Source of the DNA: the human T2T-CHM13v2.0 reference genome, Homo sapiens
Direction: 5' to 3' (one strand)
DNA: 64,000 bases
NCBI RefSeq assembly: GCF_009914755.1
Contig: NC_060928.1
Below are positions 1 through 12,969 of the stretch, in pieces. The number at the start of each line of letters is the position of its first letter. The stretch's first letter is position 1. A model generated the notes under the pieces. That model did not search any database. It was not told the origin of the DNA and was given only the letters and a program-made list of their open reading frames with translations. The translations under genes were made by a program, and so were the position numbers.

Positions 1-395
1 CTGAAGACTAAAGTTCAGCCACATAGGAAGTATGTGATCAAAGTCATGAAGTGCAATTAAAAACCGGGTACCAAGAGTTGGGTAAGCTTTCCTGGTTTCT
101 AATACTGTCATACATTATGGCTGAGAGGAGTTAACATTGTCTATGAATCCATGGAAAGCGGACATTGGGATGCTCTATGTTTGGACTTCTCTTGAACTCT
201 GACCTACCCATCTCTTCTTTGGACTGATTTTGATCTGTATTTTTCCCAGGAATAAACTGTAACTATGGATATTACAGTTTTCAGTGAGTTCTGTGAGTAT
301 TCCTAGCATATCATCAAACCTAAGGGTAGTTTGTAAGTGGTGTCCGAAGTAAAGGTAGCCTTGTGTAGACTGTGTTGCGCCTTGAACTTCACAGT
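1..395 (+). mobile_element. MER21-family LTR, 3' part (MER21C-like), cut by the window edge
   Basis: aataaactgtaactatggatattacagttttcagtgagttctgtgagtattcctagcatatcatcaaacctaagggt resembles the recalled MER21 polyA-signal/U5 region. Confidence 0.7.
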
Positions 396-659
396 CGACT
401 AACTCAGACCCATCCAATTTATTCATCTATAATTTATCTCACATTGTTTTCCTAATAGATTTTACTGAAGTGCAGAAGATGGTAAAAGAAAATCACTGTA
501 CAGTAAGGAACTGTCTTTTTCATTTATTTGTTGATTATTATCTCTGATCCTAGTCCCAAAATCTCCTGCCATGAACCTGGGTTAGACCTTTTTATATATA
601 TTTTTCCTGACCAAGGAATTCCTAAGGCCAATTTTTGATAAACAAAAGTATATTAAGAA

Positions 660-1870
660 GTCTTACCATATAAAATAATGTCTGTTCCCCTAGAAATAGT
701 ATTCAGCTTCCTTAGGGAAACAAATCAAAATACTGGCATACTGATATTCTTTAAAATTAATTAAAAAAATTAAAACACAAAACAGAAGAAAGAAAACAGA
801 TTTTACCCCTTCCGTTATATCTCTCCAAAAGAGACTGTAAGTTCCTGGTGGAGCATTTCTTCCAATTCCTAAAATGAGCATTGACTCAGAATAGATAACC
901 AAGTAATAAAATAACAAAAGATAGAAAATGAATATCCATTAGTCTGTACCGATACAAATAGATAAATGAACAAATGTACAAGCAGAAGGGGAAAAGTCAG
1001 AACATAATAAATGTATAATAAATAAGGGAATTTTAAAAATTATCATTATACAAGAGTACTAATGGCTGTCAGCAATATTCACTGATGAATTTTAAAAGAT
1101 GGAGAAAGGAAGTTTAAGGAGAAACAGAATATTTGAATAATCTAAAAGCATTTCCTAAATATATTTACTAATTACTGGGGTGGTTTTAACATATATCCTC
1201 AAATACTCTAAAGTCCTTGCTTCGGACTGTACAATGTAGTTCTCATCTCAAATGTGGACTGAATTTTGCTATTTATTTCTCATGACTGGAGCACATAATG
1301 GGAAAATGATAATTTTGTTTTGGAGAAACCTCAACGACGACACCTTAATCAAGTGATAAATGTGGCCATTACCAGAAATGCATCATGTTATTACCATATA
1401 TTTTCCATTAGGATATGATAAGCAGGTCACTTTGCCTCTGAGACATTCTCCCCAAAATTCAGTAGTTCCAGACCAATCATGAGAAAACATAAGACAAACA
1501 TAAATGAAGAGACATTTTACAAAATATCTGTCCTGCAGTATTCAACAGCATGGAAGTTACAATAAGAAGGGCAGATTGAGAGATTGTCACAGATTAAAGC
1601 AGGCTAAAGAGACATGATGCCTAAATGCAATGAAATGACAGAATCAGAAAAAAAGGATATTAGTGAAGACAGTGGTAAAATGTGAATAAAGCCTGGAGTT
1701 TATTCAATAATATTATGCCAATGTTAATTTCATAGAGTTTATAATTTTACAATGGTTTTGTAAATGTTGACTGTAGGGAAAACTGGCTGAAGCTTGTATG
1801 AGAACTCTTTGCATTATCTTTTCAACATTTTTTTTGTAAATCTAAAATTATTTCAGAATAAAAGTTTAAA
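660..1870 (+). mobile_element. Old L1 3' end (L1MC3/L1MC4-like)
   Basis: L1MC 3'UTR motifs (ggagaaacct...caccttaatcaagtgat; gagaaaacataagacaaac; tgtaaatctaaaattatttcagaataaaagttt). Confidence 0.7.
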
Positions 1871-1929
1871 ACTGTCAATCACCAATCTTTCACTATCTTG
1901 AGTAAGAGAACAATTTGCAACCATTCTTT

Positions 1930-2140
1930 ACAAATACGCTTTTTTGCTTTCCTGCTTTATTTCTCTTCATAATATAGAGGGTCATATTGACAATATGCTA
2001 TCTAGTTTTCTTATTTGTTTATTGTTGGTTTTGTCTCCTCTAGAGGTAAGCTCCATGACTATAGTAATTTTGTGTAAATTACTTCACTAATATATCTATT
2101 GTACCCAGAATTCAGTAAATATTTATCAAGTTGAATGATT
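1930..2140 (+). mobile_element. L2 (L2a-like) 3' end
   Basis: tgtctcctctagaggtaagctccatga ... tcagtaaatatttatcaagttgaatga, typical L2 terminus. Confidence 0.6.
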
Positions 2141-2304
2141 CAAATTAAATATTATCTAGTTTAGAAATATGTTTTGTATATAAATACCTCAATCTTTTAT
2201 TTTTCAGTTTAAGAAAGATACTTATTCTGAGTAGTCCAGCCAAATTTAAACAATACACTTCACAACGCATAGGACATATCTATTCATAATTCTCACAGAT
2301 ACAA

Positions 2305-2674
2305 TGTCTTAATTAGTTCAGGCAGCTATAACACAATATCATAGGCTGGATGGCTTAAACAACAAACTTTATTCCCCACGGTTCTGGAGACTAGCAAGTC
2401 CAAAATCAAAGTGCCAGCAAATTTGGTGTCTGATGAGGGCACTCTTCCTTCTTTGTAGACAGCAGTCCTCTTCTTGTTTCCTTACATGGGAGACAGAGGA
2501 GAGAGAAAAATAATAATAATAATACTCTCCTGTGTCTTTTTATAAAGGTATTTATCCATTCATGGAGGGCTCCACTTTTATGATTTAATTACCTTCCAAA
2601 GGACAGACTATCATATTGGGGGTTAGGATTTCAACATGAATTTGTTGTAGGCACAACAAATTCTTACTCTATAG
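2305..2674 (-). mobile_element. MLT1A-type MaLR solo LTR
   Basis: tgtcttaattagttcaggcagctataacacaatatcataggctggatggcttaaacaac...gggggttaggatttcaacatgaattt matches the MLT1A/A0 reverse strand. Confidence 0.85.
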
Positions 2675-2754
2675 TACTTACTCCATAGCATGATACTTAC
2701 TCTATGGCACTAATACTAACTCTGTAGCAAATACTTACTCTATAGCACTAAGAC
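2661..2754. repeat. Degenerate minisatellite, 5 copies of (ta)cttactctatagca
   Basis: Directly visible: ttcttactctatag / tacttactccatagca / tacttactctatggca / tactaactctgtagca / tacttactctatagca. Confidence 0.85.
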
Positions 2755-3555
2755 ATTTTCTAAATTTTTATTGTTCTTTATGTTGGAAATTAGCCAATTC
2801 TAGTCAAATAATAGTATATCATTAGTCATGGTTACCTTTATAGGCAATTTTTGTCTATTTCCTTAAGATAGTTAACCATGTTGTTCTTGGTTTCATGATT
2901 GCAGTAATTATTAAATAATCATATCTTATGATAATAAGATATTATATCAGAGTGAATAGATGAGAATAATGACACCATAGATAATCCCAGTTCATGTATC
3001 TTTTGGAGTAAAGCTAGAATCATCAGTATAAAAATGTAAGTACTCAAATTATAGTTTAAGATGTTTTATAAATTTTGTTTTATGCCAAGACTTCGATACA
3101 TACTTATTTCTGGAATTTTATAGTTTTCAAATGACAGAAACATACAACATATGTTTTCTGTTAAAGCTTATGAAATTTTGTTGTCTATATAAATCTTTGA
3201 CTTTTCACTCACACGTTGTTAAAATTAATCATGTTTGTTCTTGTTTTGGAGTACTTGATGAATTATATTGCTGTGATTTGTGGATCAGGTACTAAATGTT
3301 AAATGTTAAATTTTATAAAATTGTCTCATCCATTCAGTCTCATTCATTCATTTAGCAGTAAATCAAATTAATAAGGAATGGCAGAAATAAATGAGAACCA
3401 ATTCCAGAACGTAATACTTTTATTTAAATTCAGTGTATAGATAAAAGTTTTAGTTATTTTCCTTGACAATTTATGCCATCTTTATACCAAAACTAACAAG
3501 AGACTCAGTTATCACCCCATAAGGAAGAATTAATAAGCTGGAGAGAATTTAAAAA

Positions 3556-3578
3556 TATATAAAATGTATATATAAGTA

Positions 3579-3610
<32 letters not shown>

Positions 3611-3753
3611 CATACACAAGATATATATAGTGTGTGTATACATTATATATAATGTATACATTATACATATATATACAGTATACAGTATATGTATATATAC
3701 TGTATATATGTATATTATATGTACATTGTATATACATAATGTATACAGTATAC

Positions 3754-3787
<34 letters not shown>

Positions 3788-3790
3788 TAA
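3556..3790. repeat. Compound (TG)n-(TA)n-(CA)n microsatellite
   Basis: Directly visible; source of the spurious Y/I/C/V-rich ORFs at 3530-3939. Confidence 0.95.
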
Positions 3791-4030
3791 ATACAAGACT
3801 ATGGAGACCTAACATGTTCCCTGTGTTTGCCCAGCATTTGCTTTCGCTTTTATTAAAATCTGATAGTTTACCCTTTGCCTGGATTTCCATGAGTTATGAG
3901 TATGTCCTTCCAATAGTACTTACCACAAATATAACTTGATTGAAAGTAGTTTAAGTTGCTCTTCAAAGGTTATTTCTAAAATACTGTGTTTCTCATTGAG
4001 ATTTCTCTTTGAGATATTACCTAACTTGAT

Positions 4031-4103
4031 CTATATATTAGGTAGATATACAATATATTAGGTAGATATACAATATCTATATATTAGGTAGATATACAAT
4101 ATA
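4031..4103. repeat. Tandem repeat, 3 copies of tatattaggtagatatacaa
   Basis: Directly visible. Confidence 0.9.
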
Positions 4104-4668
4104 TTCCAATATGACATGCACAGTACATAAGATAAAGCCCTCACACTTTCACACCACTAAATATATTTAAACAACGTCAAATTTTGAAAGAAATTTCAAA
4201 ATTCAGGACCAAATAGTCTGATAAAGACTTACAATAAATATATTGATTTTTATTATAATGATTGATAAACATATTCATTTAGATGTATGTGTTTATCAAT
4301 TTTTTAAACATCAATCACATTTCTTAAATAACATACTTGCTTGTTGGAGACTGCTTGAATATGTTCATACTGATTTTAATTACAACTAGGTTCAGTAAAG
4401 GAAAAGGCAATACTCTATAAAAATAAATTTTTAAATTTGAACATAAATATTTTCCCCCATCAAACTCCAAGTTAAGCAAGCTTGTGTAACTTGTGTAGAA
4501 AATCCATCACACCCATCTTTCTGTGTTCCTACTGTCAGCATTTTTCAGTAAGAAAAAAATCTCAGAAGTGTAATGAGCAATCTTATATTTTAGTTAAATC
4601 ACCCAGATGTTCTTTTTTATTATAATTTTCCCCTGGAAAACAAGAACAGGTGGTTAGTTGCACTCTGC

Positions 4669-4724
<56 letters not shown>
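4669..4724. repeat. Poly(A) run followed by (GA)n
   Basis: Directly visible. Confidence 0.95.
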
Positions 4725-4730
<6 letters not shown>

Positions 4731-5027
4731 TGATTTAAAAAAATATATAGATTGTCTCATGTCAGTTATTTTTCCAAGAGTAACAACTCTTCCAACAAGA
4801 ACATGTTCTGTTATAAGCTTCTTAATTCTGCCAAATTCTATTTCAGCTTACTTCATATCTGGGTCTTTGCCACAAACACAAACTGTTTTGTGGTCAGTGT
4901 GTTAAAACAATCATCTAGAAACAGTCTGTTTGCATCAGTCTTAACTCAAAATATATTATGTATTTCTCATTGGATTGCCAACACTTTTGCTTAAGCTCAC
5001 TGTTCAAAAGTTTGAAAATTCAAGTCC

Positions 5028-5036
5028 GTGTGTGTG

Positions 5037-5067
<31 letters not shown>

Positions 5068-5070
5068 ATG
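5028..5070. repeat. (TG)n microsatellite
   Basis: Directly visible. Confidence 0.95.
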
Positions 5071-5487
5071 TTTTGCTGGTTTCCCTTTGAATCCTAATTC
5101 TTTAACAGCACCTATAAGAAAAATTATCAGAAGTTAGAATGAAATCTCACTTATAAACCAAGGTATGTCTCTTGAAATTACAGATACTGAACATCTTCAA
5201 ACATTTCCAGATGTTCTAGCTAAATATGTTAAATGTATTGTGGTGAGGTACCTGAGCAAGGACATTTTCACAAGTAAGTCCTTTTGATTACTAAGTAAGC
5301 AAGAACGTTTCTTTTAGTAAAAAGAATATTTGCTCATTTTACTTACCAATGGTAAATTTAGCAGCAAGTACTGACATCTGAGCATACACTAAGATATATT
5401 TCAGTTTACAATTCTGATGACTTTACATTTGGATTCTGTAAAAAGGTCGTCTTTCTCTGGGACAGTGATAATAAGTGAGATGAGTGA

Positions 5488-5566
5488 GGAAGGAAGGAGG
5501 AAGGAAGGAAGGAAGGAAGGAAGGAAGGAAGGAAGGAAGGAAGGAAGGAAGGAAGGAAGGAAGGAA
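5488..5566. repeat. (GGAA)n microsatellite, 17 uninterrupted units at 5499-5566
   Basis: Directly visible; gives the KEGR-repeat ORF. Confidence 0.95.
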
Positions 5567-5589
5567 ATTCAACCTTATAACTTGACGTT

Positions 5590-5808
5590 AGCTAAGTTAT
5601 TTTCTGTAAGGGCCAAGTCACATATATTTTAAGCTCTGTGAACCCTATGCTATCTGTCATAGCTATTCAACTTCATGTTTCATAATAAAAAAGCAGACTT
5701 AGACAATTGTAAACAAATGAGTGTTGCTGTGTTCCAACAAAGTTTACCTACAAAAGTAGGATGTGAGCTGGATTTGATACATAGGACAGCCATAGTTTGC
5801 CAGCCTTG
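5590..5808 (+). mobile_element. MER58A hAT-Charlie DNA transposon fossil
   Basis: ttttctgtaagggccaag ... gtaaacaaatgagtgttgctgtgttccaacaaagttta ... ccatagtttgccagcc. Confidence 0.85.
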
Positions 5809-8800
5809 GGTATAAGTGAATATATAATAAAGATGTGCACATGCTTAACGCTGAATATATTTTTGAGTGAGTGATATTGGTTAATAATATTTCCCTCTTT
5901 GCATTTGTTCAGCAATAAACTGAAAAATCCTCCACTAATATTTTTAATCTTTATTTTTATATATTTAGGGGGTACGAGTGCAGATTTCCTTTATGTACTT
6001 ACTCTGTAGTGGTAAAGTCTGGGCTTCCAGTGTACCCATCACCCAAATAGTAAACATTATACCCAATCGATAATTTTTCAAACCTCACTCCCTTTCTACC
6101 CTTTCACCTTTTGTAGTCTCCACTGTACATTATTCTACTCTACTTGCCCATGTGTACCCACTGCTTAGCTCCCAGGTTTAAGTGAAAACATCTAATATTT
6201 GACTTTCTGTTTCTGAGTTATTTCACTTAGAATAATGGCCTGCAGTTACATACGTCTTGCTACAAAAGACATTATTTCATTCTTTTTTACGGCTGAGTAG
6301 TATTCTGTGGAATTTATACATACCGCATTTTCTTTATCCAGTCATCCATTGATCGATAGTTAGGTTGGTTCCATGCCTTTGCTATTGTGAGTAGTACAGT
6401 GATAAACATATGAATGTGCATATCTTTTTGACGTAATGATTTTATTCCATTTGGGTGTATACTCAGTAGTTGGATTGCTCTATTTTTAGTTCTCTGAAAA
6501 ATCCCCATATTGTTTTCCATAAAGCTTGTACTAATTTACATTCCCACCAAAAGCATGTAAGTGTTCCAATTTCTTCACATCATTCCCAACATCTGCTGTT
6601 TTTTGACTTTTTAATAATTGCCATTCTGACTGATGTAAAATGGTATCCCATTGTGGTTTTAATTTGCATTTCTTTGATGATTAGTGATACTGAGCATTTT
6701 TTCATGATTTTTGACCACTTGCATGCCTCCTTTGAAAAGTGTTCCTGTTTTTGCCCACTTTTTAATGGGGTTATTTGCATTTTTCTTGCTGAGTTTTTTG
6801 AGATATTTGTAGATTCTGATATTAGCCCTTTGTCAGATGCATAGTTTGCAAATACTTTTCCCATTTTGTAGGTTGTCTGTTTACTCTCTTAATTTTTTTT
6901 TTTCCGTGCAGAAACTTTTTAGTTTAATTACATCACCTTTGTCTATTTCTGTTTTTGTTGCATTTGCTTTTCAGATCTTAATAATTAATTATTGGCCAAC
7001 ACCAATATCCAGAAGAGATTTTCCGAAGTTTACTGCTGGGATTTTTTATAGTTTCAGGTCTTATGTTTAAGTCTGTAATCCATCTTTAGTTAATTTTTGC
7101 GTATGATGAGAAGTACAGGTCCAACTTTATTTTTCTGCATATGGCTATCCAATTTTCCCAGCATCATTTATTTTAATAGATTGTCCATTCCTCAGCATAC
7201 ATTTTAGCTCACTTCGTCAAAAATCAATTCGTTGTAGGTATCTGGCTTTATTTCTGGGTTCTGATTTTTGTTCCATTGTTCTGTGTGTTTACTTTTACCT
7301 CAGTACCGTGTTGTTTTTGTTACTATGAGCTTACAGTATAATTTGATATCAGGTAATGTGATGCTTCCAACTTTGTTCTTTTTTCTTAGGATTGATTTGT
7401 TATTCAGGATCTTTGTTGGTTCCATATTGATTCTAGAGTCATTTTTCCAGTTCTTGAAAAAGAACATTGGTACTTGGATAGGGATGGTATTAAATATGTA
7501 AATTGCTTTGGATGATGTTGATTATTCTAATTCATGAGCATGGGATGTTTTCCCATTTGTTTGCCTCATCTATAATTTCTTTCACTGGTGTATTGTAGTT
7601 CTTGTTGTAGAGATTTTCACCTCCTTGGTTAAATGTATTCCTAGGTAATTTATTTATATGTGTGGCTATTGTAAACGAAATTTAGTTCCTGATTTGATTC
7701 TCAACTTGAAAGTAATTGATATACAGACCTGCTACTGATTTTTGTGCATTGATTTTGTGTCGTGAAATACTACTGAAGTCATTTCCAAAATCTAGGAGTC
7801 TTTTGGAGGAGTCTTTAGAGTTCTAGCTATAAAATCATATCAAGAGTGAACACAAATAGTTTGACTTCCTCTTTTCCAGTTTGGATGCCTTTTATTTATT
7901 TCTCTAGCCTAATTGCTTTGGCTAAGACTTCCAGGACTATTTTGAATAAGGCTGGTGAAAGTGGGCACTCTTTTCTTGACTATACGCCTTGATGATGTTC
8001 ATCTTAAGTATCTCACAGTTCTCCTCTGGGCTTTTTGTATCTGGACATCTACCTCACTAGAAAGACCAGAGAAATTTTTTTGAATTATTTCCTCAAATAT
8101 ATTCCCCAAACATTTAACCTTTTCTTCTTCTCCCTCAGGAATGCCTATAACTTTTAGGTTTGCTCACTTTACATAATCCTGTATTTTCCAGTGTTTCTAT
8201 TTCCTAAGGGGGAATGCCTTCAACTTTTCTCCATTCATTATGGTATTGACTGTGGGTTTGTTATACATAGTTTTTAATATTTTGAGGTACGTTACTTCCA
8301 TGCATAGTTTGTTGAGTGTTTTTATCATAAAGCATGCTGAATGTTATTGAATGCTTTTTCCACATTTATTGAGATGATAATGTTTTTGGTTTTAATTTAT
8401 GTGCTGAAAAACATTTATTGATTTGTGTATATTAAACCATCTTTGCATCCCTGGAATAAGCTCCCTTGATCACAGTATATTACTTTTTTGATGTGTTGTT
8501 GGATTTGTTTGGCTAGTAGGTTCTTGAGGATTTTTGAATCTATGTTTATTAGTGATATTAGCCTGTAGCTTTCTTCATCTGTTGTGTTCTTACTTAGCTT
8601 TAGTATGACATCACCCTCACCAGGGTGATACTGGCTTCATAAAATGTGTTAGGGATGAATCCCACCTTTTCAATTTCTCTGGAACATTTTCAGTAGGATT
8701 GGCACCAATTCTTCTCTGGACATCTGACAGACTATGAATTTGTGTGGTCCTGGGCTTATTTTTGTTGGTAAATTTGGTATGACTGATTTAATTTCACCAT

Positions 8801-9093
8801 TCATTGCTAGTGTTTTCAGGATTTCTACTTTTTCCTTGTTCAATTGTATGTTTTGTCCACTTCCTCTGTTGTTTTCCAGTTTGTGTGCATAGAGATGCTC
8901 ATAATAGTCTCTGTTAATTTTTGATGCTTATGTGGTATATTTGAAAGCTTGTCTTTATTATTTCTGATTGTGCCTATTTGAATCTTCATTCTTTTTTGCT
9001 TGGTTAATCTAGCTAGCAGTCTTTCAATTTGATTTACCTTTTAAAAAACCAACTTTTTGATTTTCCATTTCACTGATCCTTTATATTGATTTT

Positions 9094-9507
9094 TGATATG
9101 GTTTGTATCTGTTTCTCTGCCCAAATCTCATGTTAAATTTCAATCCCCAGTGTTGGAGGTAGGGCCTGGTGGGAGGTGATTGAATCATGGGGCAGTTCCT
9201 CATGGTCTAACATTATTCCCCTTGGTGGTGTTGTGGTGATAGTGAGTTCTCATGAGATCTGGTTATTTAAAAGTGTGTGGCACCTCCAGCCTCTCTCTAT
9301 CTTCCTTCTGCTCTGGCCATGTGAGGTCCTCACTTTCCCTTTGACTTCCATCATGATTATAAGTTTCCTGAGGCCTTCCCAGAAGCTAAGCAGATGCCAA
9401 TATCATGTCTCTGTACAGCCTGTGGAACCATAAGCCAATTAAATCTAATTTCTTTATAAATTACCTAGTCTCAACTATTTACTGCAGTGCGAGAATGGAC
9501 GAATGCA
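9094..9507 (+). mobile_element. MSTA MaLR solo LTR inserted in L1 ORF2
   Basis: TG...CA termini (tgatatggttt ... gaatgca), MSTA body, perfect 5-bp TSD atttt. Confidence 0.92.
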
Positions 9508-12500
9508 ATTTTTGTCTCAAGTTTACTTATTTCTGCTCTGATATTTGTTATTTCTTTTCTTCTGCTACCTTTGGATTTGGCTTGTCCTTGTTTATATAGT
9601 TCCTTGAAATGTGACATCTAGATTGCTAATTTAAGATTTTTCTGTTTCTGATGTAGGCATTTAACACTACAAACTTCTCTCTTAGCACTGTTTTTGCCTT
9701 ATCCCAGAAGTTTTGTTATGTTGTGTCTCCATATTCATTTATTTCAACAACTTTTTCAAGAAAATTTCTACCTTAGCTTAATTTTTTATCTAAAGATCAT
9801 TCAGGAGTAAGTTAATTTCCATGATTTTGTATATTTTTTAGAGTTTCTCTTTTTATTAATTTCTAGGTTTATTCCACTGTCGTCTGAAAAGATTCTTGAT
9901 ATAATTTTAATTTTAAAAAATCATTGAGACTTGTATTGTAGTCTAGCATATGGCCAATTAAAAAAAGTTTCACACACAGAAAAGAAGAATGTATATTCTG
10001 CAGTTTTGGGGTAGAATGATTTGTAAATGTTCATTTAATTCCAGAGTTTTCTGTTGATTTTCTGCCTTGATAACCTATGCAGTGCTGTCATTGTGGTGTT
10101 GAAGTATTTTCTTAAGTTTAGTAGTATTTGTTTATGAACCTGGGTTCTTTAATATTGGGTGAATATATATTTAGGATCATTATATATTCTTATTGACCTG
10201 ATCCCTTTATCATTATCTAGTGACCTCTGTTTGTCTTTTTTAAACTGTTCTTGATTTAATGTCTGTTATATCCTACATTAGTATAACTACTCATGCTCAC
10301 TTTTTTCCCATTTGCATAGGATATCTTTTTCCACCCCTTTACTTTGAATTTGTTAATGTATTTACCCATTAGTTGGCTTTCTTTTAGATAATGTGTCATT
10401 GGATCTGTTTTTTAAATCCAGTTTGCCATTGTAAATATTTTAAGTGGAGCATTTAGTCCACTGACATTTAAGGTTAATGTTAATATGAAAGGTGTTGCTC
10501 TGTCATGATGTTAATTGTTATCTAGTTGCTTTGTATTCTCAATTGTGGGCTTGCTTTATATTCTCAATTGTGTGCTTGCTTTATAAGATCTGTAAGTTAT
10601 AAATTCTCATGTGTTTTTGTGATAGTGATTATCATCCTTTCATTTCCATGTGTATAATTCCCTTGAGAATGACTTGTAGGATCTGTCTGGTGGTGACCAA
10701 TTACCTTAGCATTTACTTGCCTGAGAAATTACCATGTAAGGTTTTGTTCCTGTCATGATGTTAATTGTTATCTAGTTGCTTTGTATTCACAATTGTGTTC
10801 TTGCTTTATAAGAACAGTGAATTTTTAAATTCTCATGTGTTTTTATGAGGAGGATTATCACCCTTTCATTTCCATGTGTATAACTCCCTTGAGAATTTCT
10901 TGTAAGATTTGCCTAGTGGTGACCAATTCTCTTAGCATTTACTTGTCTGAGAAATACTTAATTTCTTCTTCCATAATGAAAGTTAGTTTAGAAGGACAAA
11001 ACATTCTTGGCTAGCAGATCTTTTATTCAAGAAGACTGAAAATAGGGCCTTAGTCTCTTCTGGCTTGTAAGGTTTCTGGTAAGAAGTCTGCTGTTAGTCT
11101 GATGGGATTTCTTGTATATGTGATTTGATCCTTCTCTCTTGTTGCTTTTAGGATTTTTTCCTTCTGTTTACTTTGGACAGTCTGATGACTATATGCCTTA
11201 GTGATGTTCATCTTGTTAAGTATCTCACAGGTCTCTTCTGAGCTTTTTGTATCTGGACATCTATATCATTAGCAAGACCAGAGAAAATTTTCTGAATTGT
11301 TCCCTCAAATATGTTTCCCAAACTTTTAACTTTTTCTTCTCCCCTCTCAGGAATGCCTATAACTTGGAGGTTTGATTACTTTACATATTCCCATATTTTC
11401 CAAAAGCATTATTCATTTTTTAAATTGTTTTTATTTCTTTTCTGTCTAAGTTATTTCAAAGACCAGTCTTCAAGCTCTGAAATTGTTTTATCTGCTTGGT
11501 CTAGTTGATTGCTAACACATTCAAATGAATGTTGTGGTCCTTTAGTAAATTGTTTATATTTTCATAAGTTCTATTTGTTTTGTAAAAATATCTGTCTTTA
11601 GGGAATGTTTATTCATATTTTAAATTATATTTCTGATTCATTTGCATTGCATTACAACTTTCTCTTGTATCTGATTGAGCTTCCTTACAATTTATAGTTT
11701 AAATTTTTAATCTGTGTCTATAGAATTTTCAGTCTATTGCTGGAGAGGTAGAGTGATCATTCTAGATTGCCACAACACTCTCTTTTTCATTTTTTTCCAG
11801 AGTTCTTATGCACATTCCTTGTCAGTTGGAGAAGTTGTCATTTATTTTTTAATTTGGTTTGGGCCTTTTTTCCTCTTTAAAATTGTGACTGTTGCATATA
11901 TTGGGTAGAATTAGGATCTTTTTGCTTTGCTTCTTTGTGCTTGTTGGTAGCCAAGGCTCTGTATGCATTCTTTCATTATAGATAGGCTTAGTGTAGTGGT
12001 TTTCTCAAATGCTGGTTGTTTGTAGGTTGTAGTAGTGGCATATTGTATGTGGGGGCAGGCTAATGATCTCCTGCACAGATGGGAATGTAGAGGTCTTGGG
12101 AGGTTTATCTCATTCCCCAGTGCTGTACATTTCTGACAGCAGGAATTATATTGAGTGCTGCGGCTCATGCTACAGGTGAGTAGGGGGTGCTTGCAGGCAA
12201 GAACCACTCAAGCAGGTTACAATGGTGTCAGCCGTAGTTGTAATGGGTGATGCAGCTTGACCTCCAGGCCAGCAGGTGGCACTTGCAGGAGAGCCAGCTG
12301 CAGTAGTGGCAGTATAATTTTTACTGGCATTTGTTAATCAGAAGTGCCAAGGTGTTCTTGATGATATGCAGGACCAGGAAGGTCCCAGGATTCCCCATCC
12401 TAGGCTTTGCCACCAAGGTGGCTGTCTGGGGAAAATATGGATGGGGCTGGGTCAGGCAAGCCCACTACCAGGCTCTGCAAGGCAGGTGCAAATGGGAACC

Positions 12501-12969
12501 TTGCAGGGGCTTAAGGACAGCTCTCAGACCACTGAGGCAACCCTTCAAGGAGGGATTTGAGGTGCCTCTCCCACACCATATAGCCAACAGAGGGAAAAAG
12601 AGATGGCTAGAGTCTTCAGCCTGGCAGGCAGAGGTGGAACCTGTTCAGCTTCCACACCCTCAAAATAGCAGGTCTCCTTCCAGCATCTGGCCATGGCAGC
12701 AGGCCAGAAGGTTTAAGCCAGTTCTAAGCATTCTATGTTCAGATCCCTGAGGCCTTCCAGATGACTCCCTACCTGGAGGAAAAACTGCAATATCAGGCCA
12801 CAACCTTCTTGGTTCATTCTTTTGAAAGGAGGAGTGTCCAGCTTCTACATCACAGCACAAACATATGCCACACTTTTCTTGCTTTTCTGGCAATGGAGCT
12901 CCTCTCTTGCTCAAAATCATATCACCAATCTTATCTTCATGACCCTGGATGGTATGCTTGTGTCCTGGG

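Noticed and set aside
2661-2754. Short spaced repeats superficially like a CRISPR array (also 4031-4103)
   Set aside because: No unique spacers of regular length, no cas genes, and a primate repeat context; these are tandem repeats.
3530-3939. Overlapping Y/I/C/V/H/T-rich ORFs (also 61167-61650 and 58885-59136)
   Set aside because: Translations of TA/TG/CA microsatellites, which lack stop codons.
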